From Tidjanibacter sp. (GTDB taxonomy: Bacteria; Bacteroidota; Bacteroidia; Bacteroidales; Rikenellaceae), in assembly GCA_045543795.1 (NCBI GenBank), contig JAZPXV010000015.1:22953-86952 (forward strand): 64,000 nt of DNA, written 5' to 3'. Made by a program: the position numbers and the translations under genes. The notes below the pieces were generated by a model. That model saw only the letters and a list, made by a program, of their open reading frames with translations. It made no database searches and was not told where the DNA came from. Below are positions 34,455 to 42,891 of the stretch, piece by piece (position 1 is the stretch's first letter; every line of letters begins with the position of its first letter).

Positions 34455-37217
34455 ATGGCTACCAACAGAAATAACACCCCCAAGAAGCCGACACGCAAGG
34501 CTACCAACACCCCCGAGCGCAAGCGTTTTACACTCAGCGACCAACATCGTTGGGTCATTTGCTTCACACTGTTTTCGATTTCGGTCTTTGTACTGATGTC
34601 TATAATATCGTACTACTTCACCTGGCGCGAAGACCAGATTGGTGGCGGAGCACCAGCCAACAATGGCGGCTCGATTGGCCTGCTGATAGGCCAACTGCTG
34701 GTGGGCGACTGGTTTGGTGTGTGCGCCCTGGGTGTACCAATTGTGGGTATGCTAATCTCGCTGCGTATTATGCTCGGCCAGAGGGTGTTTATCGAAAAGG
34801 CCCTGCGCATAACACTTATTGTGATGATTCTGGGCTCGCTGACAGCTGGCTATGCCTTTGGCACCAAGTGGGATGTCTTTGGCTCGGGCCTGGGCGGCAA
34901 GTTGGGTATTGATGTGGCCAACTGGCTCGAGCAGTACATTGGCGACCTGGGGTTGTTGCTTATGCTACTGATGCTGTGGGTACTCTTTGCGGTGTACGCC
35001 AACAGCAAGACCATCAATACCGTAAACAAGGTGGCAAGCAAGGGTGTTGACCTGTTCCGCAGGCACGAGGGCGAGCAGGGCGAAAGTGGCAACGACTACG
35101 AGCGAGATGATAGCTGCAACGAAGACTACTACGGCCGCGAGGTGACCGACAGGCCAAACGAAGATGGGGTGGTATACCTCGACAATGAGCCCGAAAGGCA
35201 GCCCGTCGACGAGCCCGAGGCCGACACCCCTACTCTGCCAGAGGAGAGGGCTAATGGCGAGAATGACAACCTTTTGGTAATCAACCTCAACGACGACAAT
35301 GACGACGTTGTGGCAACAAGCACCCCAAGTACACAAGCCACAAATGGCACCCACGACAGCCACGTTGTACCCCTCGATGACGACGAGGAATATGGAGCAC
35401 AAAGCCAACATCGCTCGGTTGCACAGCGCGTAAACAACGACGATGACGACGAGTTCCAGATTTACAAGGCCGACGGAGGAATGGAGGGGCTGCCCCAGAA
35501 CAGCGAGGCCGCTGCCACTGCTGCCACTGCCACCGCAACGGCAGCCGCTGCCACCACAGTCGCTACCGCCGCAGCAAAAGGCGAAGAGATACTGATTGGT
35601 ACGGGTGGAGTTGTTGCCACAGGCGAGGACGGCCAGGTGGAGATTATCAAGCAGGAGCACGAAGAGGATGAGGCTGGTCGCATAGGCTCGTTCTATGACC
35701 CCACACGCGAGTTGAGCCGCTTCCAGAGGCCACCGCTCGAGATTCTCGACACCTACGACACCCAGGCGGCACAGATTCCATACGATGAGATTGAAGAGAA
35801 CAAGAACCTTATTCAGACCACTCTCGAATCGTTCGGCATAAAGATTAAGAAGATTACCGCCACCATAGGCCCCACCGTAACGCTCTATGAAATTGAGCCC
35901 ACGCTGGGCACCAAGGTGGCCAAGATTAAGAGCAGCGAAGACGACATTGCCATATCGCTCAAGGCTATGAGTATCCGTATGATTGTGCCTATGCCAGGCA
36001 GGGGTACCATAGGTATTGAGATTCCCAACCGCACAAGGCGCATTGTGTCGATGCACTCGGTCGTAAGGTCGGCCAAGTTCCAGGAGAGCAAGTACGAACT
36101 GCCCATTGTGCTGGGCAAGACCATCCAGAACGAGACCTTTGTGATTGACCTGGCCAAGATGCCCCACTTGCTGGTGGCAGGTGCTACGGGCCAGGGTAAG
36201 TCGGTGGGCCTGAATGTGATTATCAACTCGCTGCTATACAAAAAGCACCCTGCCGAGTTGAAGTTTGTGATGGTCGACCCAAAGAAGGTTGAGTTGTCGC
36301 TCTACTCTAAACTCGAGAAGCACTATCTGGCCAAGATGGAGAGCGAGGATAACGCCATACTGACCGACACGCAGAAGGTGGTCTACACCCTCAACTCGCT
36401 CTGCAACGAGATGCAGGCACGCTACGACCTGCTGCAACTCGCCTCGGTGAAGAAGATTAGCGAGTACAACCAGAAGTTCTTGGCTCGCAAGCTCAACCCC
36501 AACAAGGGGCACCGCTTCTTGCCCTACATTGTGGTCGTAATCGACGAGTTTGCCGATATGATTATGACCGCTGGCAAAGAGGTCGAAACACCCATCATCC
36601 GTCTGGGCCAGTTGGCTCGTGCGGTGGGTATTCACCTGATTATCGCCACCCAGAGGCCCGACGTGAAGGTCATCACAGGTCTGATTAAGGCCAACTTCCC
36701 TGCCCGAATTGCCTTTAAGGTGACGTCGATTGTCGACTCGCGCACCATTATTGACCAGACGGGTGCCAACAAACTGATTGGTTTGGGCGATATGCTGATG
36801 ATGATAAATGGCGAGCTGACACGTTTGCAGTGCGCCTTCCTCGACACCCCCGAGATTGAGCGCATAACCGACTTTATAGCCAAGCAGAAGGGCTACGAGA
36901 GCGCCTACTTGTTGCCCGACTATGTGCCCGAAGATGGCGGTATGGGCGGTGGCGGCGGAGTTCGCGAGAACATTGGCAACCTGGACTCGATGTTCGAAGA
37001 GATTGCTCGCTTTGTGGTCAACAACCAGCAGGGCTCGACCTCGTTCATACAGCGCAAGTTCAATGTGGGCTACAACCGCGCAGGCCGCATTATGGACCAG
37101 CTGGAGCAGGCGGGCATTGTGGGGCGCAGCGAGGGCAGCAAGCCCCGCGAAGTGCTCATCAGCGACCCCACAACCTTAGAGCGCATCTTGAACGACTTGT
37201 ACATCGACAATATGTAG
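34455..37217 (+). CDS. ftsK: DNA translocase FtsK
   Basis: 920 aa with N-terminal TM helices, a long acidic/Ala-Thr linker, motor domain Walker A GATGQGKS and Walker B VVVIDEFAD, and a C-terminal gamma (winged-helix) domain. Confidence 0.92.
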   Translation: MATNRNNTPKKPTRKATNTPERKRFTLSDQHRWVICFTLFSISVFVLMSIISYYFTWREDQIGGGAPANNGGSIGLLIGQLLVGDWFGVCALGVPIVGMLISLRIMLGQRVFIEKALRITLIVMILGSLTAGYAFGTKWDVFGSGLGGKLGIDVANWLEQYIGDLGLLLMLLMLWVLFAVYANSKTINTVNKVASKGVDLFRRHEGEQGESGNDYERDDSCNEDYYGREVTDRPNEDGVVYLDNEPERQPVDEPEADTPTLPEERANGENDNLLVINLNDDNDDVVATSTPSTQATNGTHDSHVVPLDDDEEYGAQSQHRSVAQRVNNDDDDEFQIYKADGGMEGLPQNSEAAATAATATATAAAATTVATAAAKGEEILIGTGGVVATGEDGQVEIIKQEHEEDEAGRIGSFYDPTRELSRFQRPPLEILDTYDTQAAQIPYDEIEENKNLIQTTLESFGIKIKKITATIGPTVTLYEIEPTLGTKVAKIKSSEDDIAISLKAMSIRMIVPMPGRGTIGIEIPNRTRRIVSMHSVVRSAKFQESKYELPIVLGKTIQNETFVIDLAKMPHLLVAGATGQGKSVGLNVIINSLLYKKHPAELKFVMVDPKKVELSLYSKLEKHYLAKMESEDNAILTDTQKVVYTLNSLCNEMQARYDLLQLASVKKISEYNQKFLARKLNPNKGHRFLPYIVVVIDEFADMIMTAGKEVETPIIRLGQLARAVGIHLIIATQRPDVKVITGLIKANFPARIAFKVTSIVDSRTIIDQTGANKLIGLGDMLMMINGELTRLQCAFLDTPEIERITDFIAKQKGYESAYLLPDYVPEDGGMGGGGGVRENIGNLDSMFEEIARFVVNNQQGSTSFIQRKFNVGYNRAGRIMDQLEQAGIVGRSEGSKPREVLISDPTTLERILNDLYIDNM

Positions 37218-37240
37218 GAGTAGGTCTATTTAGTAGGGGA

Positions 37241-37300
37241 GATTTTAAGCCACTCCTCCCCTAAGTTAGGGGAGGTGCCCGAAGGGCGGAGGGGTCTGCC
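37241..37300 (-). repeat. Two-hairpin REP-like unit, copy B
   Basis: The reverse complement reads GGCAGACCCCTCC-GCCC-TTC-GGGC-A-CCTCCCC-TAACTTA-GGGGAGG-AGTGGCTTAAAATC. It lies 24 nt after the ftsK stop. Confidence 0.85.
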
Positions 37301-37334
37301 CCCTAAAAAACAACAAACAAACTAAACACGCAAA

Positions 37335-37946
37335 ATGAAACGCATTGCAATAACCATATTGGCAGCCCTATGCACCTTTGCAGCAGGGGCCCAGGGCAGT
37401 GGGGCCGAGGTGCTCCGAGCAATGAGTCAAAAGTTGGCCCAGATGGGTAGCTACCGCATAGACTTTGCCATAGATATGCCTGGCGTAGAGGAGCCCTCGA
37501 AGGGTTACTGCCTGGTGGAAGACGATAGGTATGTCATCGACGTAGACGGCCTGGCCCAGGGCTACGATGGCGAGGCGGTGTGGATGCTCAACAACCTCAC
37601 CAAAGAGTACACACTCGACAGCCCCAAGCCCCAGAGTCGCAACCTCTTCGACAACCCCACAAAGGCCTTCGACTTTAGCGAGGATATGTTTGAGGTAGAG
37701 AGCTTTGCAACCAAGTCGGAGGGCGAGTGGCGAGTGGTGCTACTGCCTGCCGAAGGGGTGCTCGACGGCATTGAGCGAGTGGTGGTCGATGTGGACCAGA
37801 GGAGCCAACTCCCCACCCTGCTCGGCTACGATATGGCTGGCGTGGGCATCTACATCGAGTTGGTGAAAATCGCCCCCGTCAAGAGCTCGACCAGCGACTT
37901 CCAAATTGCCCCACCCGAGGGGTATGAAGTGATAGATTTCCGATAG
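37335..37946 (+). CDS. LolA-like outer-membrane lipoprotein carrier protein
   Basis: 203 aa with a signal peptide. Its size and position immediately after ftsK match the conserved ftsK-lolA synteny. The sequence itself has only weak diagnostic motifs. Confidence 0.55.
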   Translation: MKRIAITILAALCTFAAGAQGSGAEVLRAMSQKLAQMGSYRIDFAIDMPGVEEPSKGYCLVEDDRYVIDVDGLAQGYDGEAVWMLNNLTKEYTLDSPKPQSRNLFDNPTKAFDFSEDMFEVESFATKSEGEWRVVLLPAEGVLDGIERVVVDVDQRSQLPTLLGYDMAGVGIYIELVKIAPVKSSTSDFQIAPPEGYEVIDFR

Positions 37947-37980
37947 TAGCGGCCCACCCTATTACACCCCACAAGACCAC

Positions 37981-38019
37981 AAAGCCACCCTGCAAATCAA
38001 GCACCAGGGTGGCTTTTTT
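37981..38019 (+). terminator. Rho-independent terminator after the lolA-like gene
   Basis: AAAGCCACCCTG-12 nt loop-CAGGGTGGCTTT followed by TTT. Confidence 0.75.
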
Positions 38020-38020
38020 G

Positions 38021-38150
38021 TAAAGTGGCTAAAAAGTGGGCTAAAAGGGCAATAAAGGCCATTTGGGGGCTCGGAGGGCCCAACATCTCGACGCCGCAAA
38101 AGCAAAAGTGGCTCAAAAGGGCTAAAAATGGGGTTTAACGGGTAAAAAAA
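38021..38150. promoter_or_regulatory. Helically phased A-tract / GGCTAAAA repeat block upstream of gyrA
   Basis: GTGGCTAAAAA GTGGGCTAAAAG GGCAATAAAG ... GCAAAAGCAAAA GTGGCTCAAAAG GGCTAAAAAT ... GGTAAAAAAA. A-tract starts are at about 38022, 38031, 38043, 38054, 38104, 38115, 38124 and 38144, giving 9-12 bp spacing. Confidence 0.55.
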
Positions 38151-38247
38151 CTACGTTTTTTTTGCCACCCCACAAAAAAAGTGTATCTTTACACGTTAAA
38201 ATAGCCACGGCAAAAACTTATACAAGAGATACAACAATTCACTAAAA

Positions 38248-40833
38248 ATGTCTGAACTGAACGACAACGTAACTTTGACCGAGCAGCTCCCACCCGAGGA
38301 GCGCATCATCAAGATTAACATCGAGGATGAGATGAAGACCGCCTACATCGACTATTCGATGTCGGTAATCGTGTCGCGTGCTCTGCCCGACGCAAGGGAC
38401 GGTATGAAGCCCGTACACCGCCGCATCCTCTATGGTATGAGCCACGAGCTCGGCCTCTACTCAAACAAGCCCACCCGTAAGAGCGCCCGTATTGTGGGTG
38501 ACGTAATGGGTAAGTTCCACCCCCACGGCGACAGCTCAATCTACGACGCTATGTGCCGTATGGCCCAGCCCTGGAGCCTGCGTTACCCCCTGGTAGATGG
38601 TCAGGGTAACTTCGGCTCGATGGACGGCGACTCGCCTGCAGCAATGCGTTACACCGAGGCCCGTATGCGCAAAATCACCGACGAGGTGATGGCCGATATC
38701 GACAAAGATACCGTAGACTTTGTATACAACTTCGACGACACCGAGTTGGAGCCTACCGTACTGCCCACCCGAGTACCTCTGCTGATGGTTAACGGTTCGA
38801 GCGGTATTGCCGTAGGTATGGCAACCAATATGGCTCCCCACAACCTGTCGGAGTGCTGCGACGCCATCTGCGCCTACATCGACAACCCCGATATGGAGCC
38901 CAGCGAGATGTGTCAGTATGTCAAGGGCCCCGACTTCCCCACTGGTGCCGTAATCTACGGCTACGAGGGCGTAAGGGAGGCTATCGAGACTGGCCGCGGT
39001 CGCGTGGTTATGAGGGCCAAGACCGAGATTGAGTACACCAAGAGCGGCAGGGAGTGCATAGTGGTGACCGAGGTTCCCTACACTGTTAACAAGGCCGAGA
39101 TGGTGCAGAAGATTGCCCAGATGGTCAACGAGAAGAAGATTGAGGGCATATCGTACATCAACGACGAGAGTAATAAAGAGGGTGTGCGAATCGTTATTAT
39201 CCTCAAGCAGGATGCCGTAAGTAGCGTAGTGCTCAACACTCTGTACAAGATGACCCCCTTGCAGACCTCGTTTGCGGTCAACAACATCGCTCTGGTAGGT
39301 GGCAGGCCCGTATTGATGAACTTCAAGGATATGGTCAAGAGCTTTGTGGAGCACCGCCACGAGGTAGTCGTAAGGCGTACCAAGTACGACCTGGCTGCTG
39401 CCGAGGCAAGGGCCCACATTGTTCAGGGCTTGCTGATTGCCCAAGACAACATCGACGAGGTTATACGCATCATCCGCGCATCGCAGACTCCAGATGTTGC
39501 CAAGGCAGGCCTTATCGAGGCATTCGGTTTGAGCGAGGCGCAGGCTGCTGCTATCGTAGATATGAGGCTGAGGGCTCTGACTGGTCTTGAGAGGGGTAAG
39601 TTGGAGGCCGAATTGAAGGAGCTGATGGAGAAAATCGAGTACTTCAAGAACGTACTCTCCGACGTGAAGATGCAGTTGCAGATTGTCAAAGACGAGACCA
39701 ACGAGATTAAGGAGAAATATGGCGACGAGCGCCGCACCGAGATTGTGATGAGCGCAGGCGAGTTCAACCCCGAGGACTTCTATGCCGACGAGGAGGTTGT
39801 AATCACCATCTCGCACATGGGCTACATCAAGCGCACCCCACTGGCCGAGTACCGCTCACAGCATAGGGGCGGCATTGGCGTAAAAGGTAGTGCCACAAGG
39901 GATGAGGACTTCATCGAGCACATCTACGTCACCACAGCCCACAACACAATGCTGTTCTTCACCGAGAAGGGCCGTTGCTACTGGCTGAAGGTTTACGAAA
40001 TCCCCGAGGGCACAAGGGCATCGAAGGGCAGGGCTATCCAGAACGTAATACAGATTGAGCCCGACGACAAGGTGAGGGCCTATCTGAATGTTCGCCACCT
40101 GGAGGACAAAGAGTATGTCGAGAGCCACTACATTGTGATGTGTACCGCACAGGGCGTAATTAAAAAGACCTCGCTCGAGGAGTACTCGAGGCCCAGGCGC
40201 AATGGTGTGAACGCTATCAACATCAGGGAGAACGACCAGCTGATTAACGCAGTGCTGACCAGCGGCAAGGCCGAGATTCTGATTGGTACCCACGAGGGTA
40301 AGGCTATCCGCTTCAACGAAGATACCGTCAGGGCCATTGGCCGTACAGGTACTGGTGTGAGGGGAGTTGAGATTGAAGAGGGCAACAAGGCTATCGGTAT
40401 GATTTGCGTAGAGCCCGACGACACCAAAGACATCTTGGTACTGAGCGAGAAGGGCTACGGCAAGCGCACCGACTTGGACGACTACCGCAAGACCAATCGT
40501 GGCGGCAAGGGCGTTAAGACCATTCAGGTGACCGAAAAGACTGGCAACCTGGTGTCGATTCAGGCCGTAAGCGACGAGAACGACCTGATGATTATCAACC
40601 GCAGTGGCATAACCATCCGTACCGCAGTGAGCGACATCAGGGTTGCAGGCCGTGCTACCCAGGGTGTTAAGATTATCAACCTGCGCGATGGCGACTCGAT
40701 TGCCTCGGTAATGGCGGTGCCCAAGAACGAGGATGAAGAGGTTGCCGCAGTTGTGGCCGAGGAGGGCGCAGCAGTTGTAGCCGAAGAGGTTGTTGCAACC
40801 GAGGGCGCAACCGAGGCTCCTGCAAACGAGTAA
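38248..40833 (+). CDS. gyrA: DNA gyrase subunit A
   Basis: 861 aa with [26 protein letters not shown] (QRDR), active-site [10 protein letters not shown], and C-terminal beta-pinwheel repeats. Confidence 0.95.
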   Translation: MSELNDNVTLTEQLPPEERIIKINIEDEMKTAYIDYSMSVIVSRALPDARDGMKPVHRRILYGMSHELGLYSNKPTRKSARIVGDVMGKFHPHGDSSIYDAMCRMAQPWSLRYPLVDGQGNFGSMDGDSPAAMRYTEARMRKITDEVMADIDKDTVDFVYNFDDTELEPTVLPTRVPLLMVNGSSGIAVGMATNMAPHNLSECCDAICAYIDNPDMEPSEMCQYVKGPDFPTGAVIYGYEGVREAIETGRGRVVMRAKTEIEYTKSGRECIVVTEVPYTVNKAEMVQKIAQMVNEKKIEGISYINDESNKEGVRIVIILKQDAVSSVVLNTLYKMTPLQTSFAVNNIALVGGRPVLMNFKDMVKSFVEHRHEVVVRRTKYDLAAAEARAHIVQGLLIAQDNIDEVIRIIRASQTPDVAKAGLIEAFGLSEAQAAAIVDMRLRALTGLERGKLEAELKELMEKIEYFKNVLSDVKMQLQIVKDETNEIKEKYGDERRTEIVMSAGEFNPEDFYADEEVVITISHMGYIKRTPLAEYRSQHRGGIGVKGSATRDEDFIEHIYVTTAHNTMLFFTEKGRCYWLKVYEIPEGTRASKGRAIQNVIQIEPDDKVRAYLNVRHLEDKEYVESHYIVMCTAQGVIKKTSLEEYSRPRRNGVNAINIRENDQLINAVLTSGKAEILIGTHEGKAIRFNEDTVRAIGRTGTGVRGVEIEEGNKAIGMICVEPDDTKDILVLSEKGYGKRTDLDDYRKTNRGGKGVKTIQVTEKTGNLVSIQAVSDENDLMIINRSGITIRTAVSDIRVAGRATQGVKIINLRDGDSIASVMAVPKNEDEEVAAVVAEEGAAVVAEEVVATEGATEAPANE

Positions 40834-40896
40834 CATTACCCAAACAACACAGAAATAAACACGAAACAAAAACCAATAAACAACATTCACAGAGCT

Positions 40897-42231
40897 ATGA
40901 AAAAGACATTTCTGACGATTGCAGCCGCACTGTTGATGTGCGTGCCAACCTTTGCTCAACAGCAGCAGAAGGTTGATGTTGAGGGCCTGCTCAAGAAGAT
41001 TGAGAAGTCTGACGCAACTATTGCTAACGAGAAGAAGGCTACCAAAGCCAGCAACTGGGTTAAACGTGCCGAGATTATGATGGAGGCCGAGACCGCCTAC
41101 ACCTCGAACATCTACGAGACTATGGAGGCCAATATGGTACTGATGCTGCTCGGCAACCCCGCCACCCAGGAGCAGGCCGAGGTTGCAGGCAACCCCTACC
41201 TGAAGATGGGCTACGAGGGCTTTGCTATCTACCTGGGCGCAGACCAGAGGGTTAAAGGCTGGGAGGTTCCCAACCCCGTATACCCTGGCGCAGTTGACAA
41301 AGCTATTGAGGCTTACAACAAAGCCTACGACCTGAACCCCAAGCTGGCTAAAAAGACCGCCGAGGGCTACCAGAAGGTTATCAGCGCTATTCAGAAAGAT
41401 GCAGGTAACTACTACTTCTTGCGCGACTTCGGCAAGGCTGCACAGTGCTTCGAGAAAGCATACGAGGTATCGTTGATGCCCGCTGCAGGTGTTAGTGTTG
41501 ATACCCTGAGCATCTACAACGCAGGTTTCACCTCGTACTTCTCGGGCGACTTCGAGCGCAGCGTTAAAGACCTGCTCATCGCTGAGGAGCTTGGCTTCTA
41601 TCAGGATGGCGAGCTCTACAACGTGCTCTACAACTCGTACCGCAGTCTGTGTGGCGAGGACAAAGAGAAGTTGGCTGGTGCCAAAGAGTTCTTGCTCCGT
41701 GGTCTGAAACAGTTCCCTGGCAACTCGAACATCATCACCTGCTTGACCGACCTCTACCTGGCTCTGGGCGAGAATCCCGAGGAGATTGTACCTCTGGTTA
41801 AGACCGCTATCGAGAGCGAGCCCACCAACGCTATGTTGTGGTATGGCCTCGGCTCGGTTTACAAAGAGCTGAAGAACTACGAGGAGGCTATGAAAGCCTT
41901 TGATGAGGTTGTCAAACTCGACCCCACCAACTCGGCTGCTCACTACTTCATCGGCTACCTGTATGTACTGATGGGTGATGCCAAGAACGACGAGGTTAAC
42001 GCAATGCCTTGGACTGGCCGCGAGAGCTACGACCGCGAGTACCAGAAAGTTCTCGACCTGTATGCACAGTCGGTTGCTCCCTTTGAGAAGGCTTATGAGC
42101 TGAACCCCAACGAGATTGCATTTGCCGAGTACCTGAAGGTTGTTACCTTCAAGCTGCGCGATATGGCTCCCCAGTATCAGGAGAAATACGAGAAATACAA
42201 CGAGATTTTCAAACAGATGAGTGGCAAATAG
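40897..42231 (+). CDS. Tetratricopeptide-repeat protein with signal peptide
   Basis: 444 aa with TPR-like repeats (e.g. WYGLGSVYKELKNYEEAMKAFDEVVKLDPTN). Confidence 0.7.
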   Translation: MKKTFLTIAAALLMCVPTFAQQQQKVDVEGLLKKIEKSDATIANEKKATKASNWVKRAEIMMEAETAYTSNIYETMEANMVLMLLGNPATQEQAEVAGNPYLKMGYEGFAIYLGADQRVKGWEVPNPVYPGAVDKAIEAYNKAYDLNPKLAKKTAEGYQKVISAIQKDAGNYYFLRDFGKAAQCFEKAYEVSLMPAAGVSVDTLSIYNAGFTSYFSGDFERSVKDLLIAEELGFYQDGELYNVLYNSYRSLCGEDKEKLAGAKEFLLRGLKQFPGNSNIITCLTDLYLALGENPEEIVPLVKTAIESEPTNAMLWYGLGSVYKELKNYEEAMKAFDEVVKLDPTNSAAHYFIGYLYVLMGDAKNDEVNAMPWTGRESYDREYQKVLDLYAQSVAPFEKAYELNPNEIAFAEYLKVVTFKLRDMAPQYQEKYEKYNEIFKQMSGK

Positions 42232-42251
42232 TCGAAGCTTGTCTTTCGTAC

Positions 42252-42290
42252 AAAAGAGCCCGATGCAGATTGGCTGCATCGGGCTCTTTT
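42252..42290. terminator. Terminator (GCCCGATGCA-stem family) after the TPR gene
   Basis: AAAAGAGCCCGATGCAG-ATTGG-CTGCATCGGGCTCTTTT. Confidence 0.8.
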
Positions 42291-42318
42291 GTGTATCCAA
42301 GCACCTACCGACATAAGC

Positions 42319-42365
42319 CTTTAAGGGCCCTTAAGGGCCTTAAGGACCTTAAAGTCCTTAAAAAA
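42319..42365. repeat. 9-10-bp CTTAAGG tandem array, locus 4
   Basis: CTTTAAGGGC CCTTAAGGGC CTTAAGGAC CTTAAAGTC CTTAAAAAA. Confidence 0.9.
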
Positions 42366-42418
42366 AACACTCCCCCTCTAAGTTAGAGGGGGTGTCGCGT
42401 AGCGACGGGGGCGTGTGT
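42361..42418 (-). repeat. Two-hairpin REP-like unit, copy C
   Basis: The reverse complement reads ACACACGCCCCC-GTCGC-TAC-GCGAC-A-CCCCCTC-TAACTTA-GAGGGGG-AGTGTTTTTTT. Confidence 0.8.
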
Positions 42419-42452
42419 TTTAGCTATCAGCGGTCAGCATTCAGCCTTCTTG

Positions 42453-42512
42453 ACAGACCCCCTCGGCCTACGGCCACTCCCCCTAACTTAGGGGGAGAGT
42501 GGTCGTGGGGTG
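42453..42512 (+). repeat. Two-hairpin REP-like unit, copy D
   Basis: ACAGACCCCCTC-GGCC-TAC-GGCC-A-CTCCCCC-TAACTTA-GGGGGAG-AGTGGTCGTGGGGTG. Confidence 0.85.
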
Positions 42513-42619
42513 CCCAGGGGGAAAGTGGTGGTGGGGCAACCAGGAGGAGGGTTGTGGTGGAGCAACCAAGGGGAGAGTGGTGGTGACCCCCCCAAAAGAG
42601 AGTGGTGTAAGGGTTTTTT
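42490..42619 (+). repeat. Degenerate 26-bp tandem repeat x5, G-rich on the + strand
   Basis: AGGGGGAGAGTGGTCGTGGGGTGCCC / AGGGGGAAAGTGGTGGTGGGGCAACC / AGGAGGAGGGTTGTGGTGGAGCAACC / AAGGGGAGAGTGGTGGTGACCCCCCC / AAAAGAGAGTGGTGTAAGGGTTTTTT. The first copy is the 3' arm plus tail of unit D. Confidence 0.85.
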
Positions 42620-42643
42620 CTCGGTGGGGATGGGAGCAGGAGC

Positions 42644-42771
42644 AGAGGAAAGTGGGGATGCTCCGAAGGGGCAAACCTCAAAATAAATAGAGAGAGTACG
42701 GCTGCAAATCCATTTGCAAGCAAACTCTCTCTATTTATTTTGAATCGTGCCGTCAGGCACCACTTTCCTCT
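42644..42771. repeat. Nested palindrome (12-bp outer arms, 18-bp inner arms, 7-bp core hairpin)
   Basis: Outer arms AGAGGAAAGTGG (42644-42655) / CCACTTTCCTCT (42760-42771). Inner arms AAAATAAATAGAGAGAGT (42680-42697) / ACTCTCTCTATTTATTTT (42724-42741). Core TGCAAAT-CC-ATTTGCA. GTGCCGTCAGGCAC lies at 42747-42760. Confidence 0.9.
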
Positions 42772-42806
42772 AATACCACGCCCAGACTCAACGCAAAGGC
42801 TACACT

Positions 42807-42847
42807 AAAAGTTTTTTGCGGAGCTTTTTTACAAAAAAGCGACAAAA
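42807..42847. repeat. 41-bp hairpin module, copy 2
   Basis: AAAAGTTTTTTGCGGAGCTTTTTTACAAAAAAGCGACAAAA. See copy 1 at 10301-10341. Confidence 0.85.
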
Positions 42848-42891
42848 GCCCAGCGCCGAAGGCAAACAATTCAGTGCCGTTGGCGGCCGAA

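Noticed and set aside
39856-42300. 814-aa minus-strand ORF spanning the 3' end of gyrA, the spacer and the whole TPR gene.
   Set aside because: It is the same shadow-frame artefact. It is long only because gyrA and the TPR gene share a reading register. It has no start context, no motifs, and runs through a terminator hairpin.
42490-42619. Possible CRISPR array.
   Set aside because: The 26-bp units are directly adjacent with no spacers, they degenerate progressively, and no cas genes are present.
42392-42723. Several 63-98-aa ORFs on both strands (42392-42586, 42427-42723, 42483-42674, 42499-42690).
   Set aside because: They translate the REP-like units and the 26-bp tandem array (Gly/Pro/Trp-rich nonsense). 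They overlap each other on both strands and have no start context.
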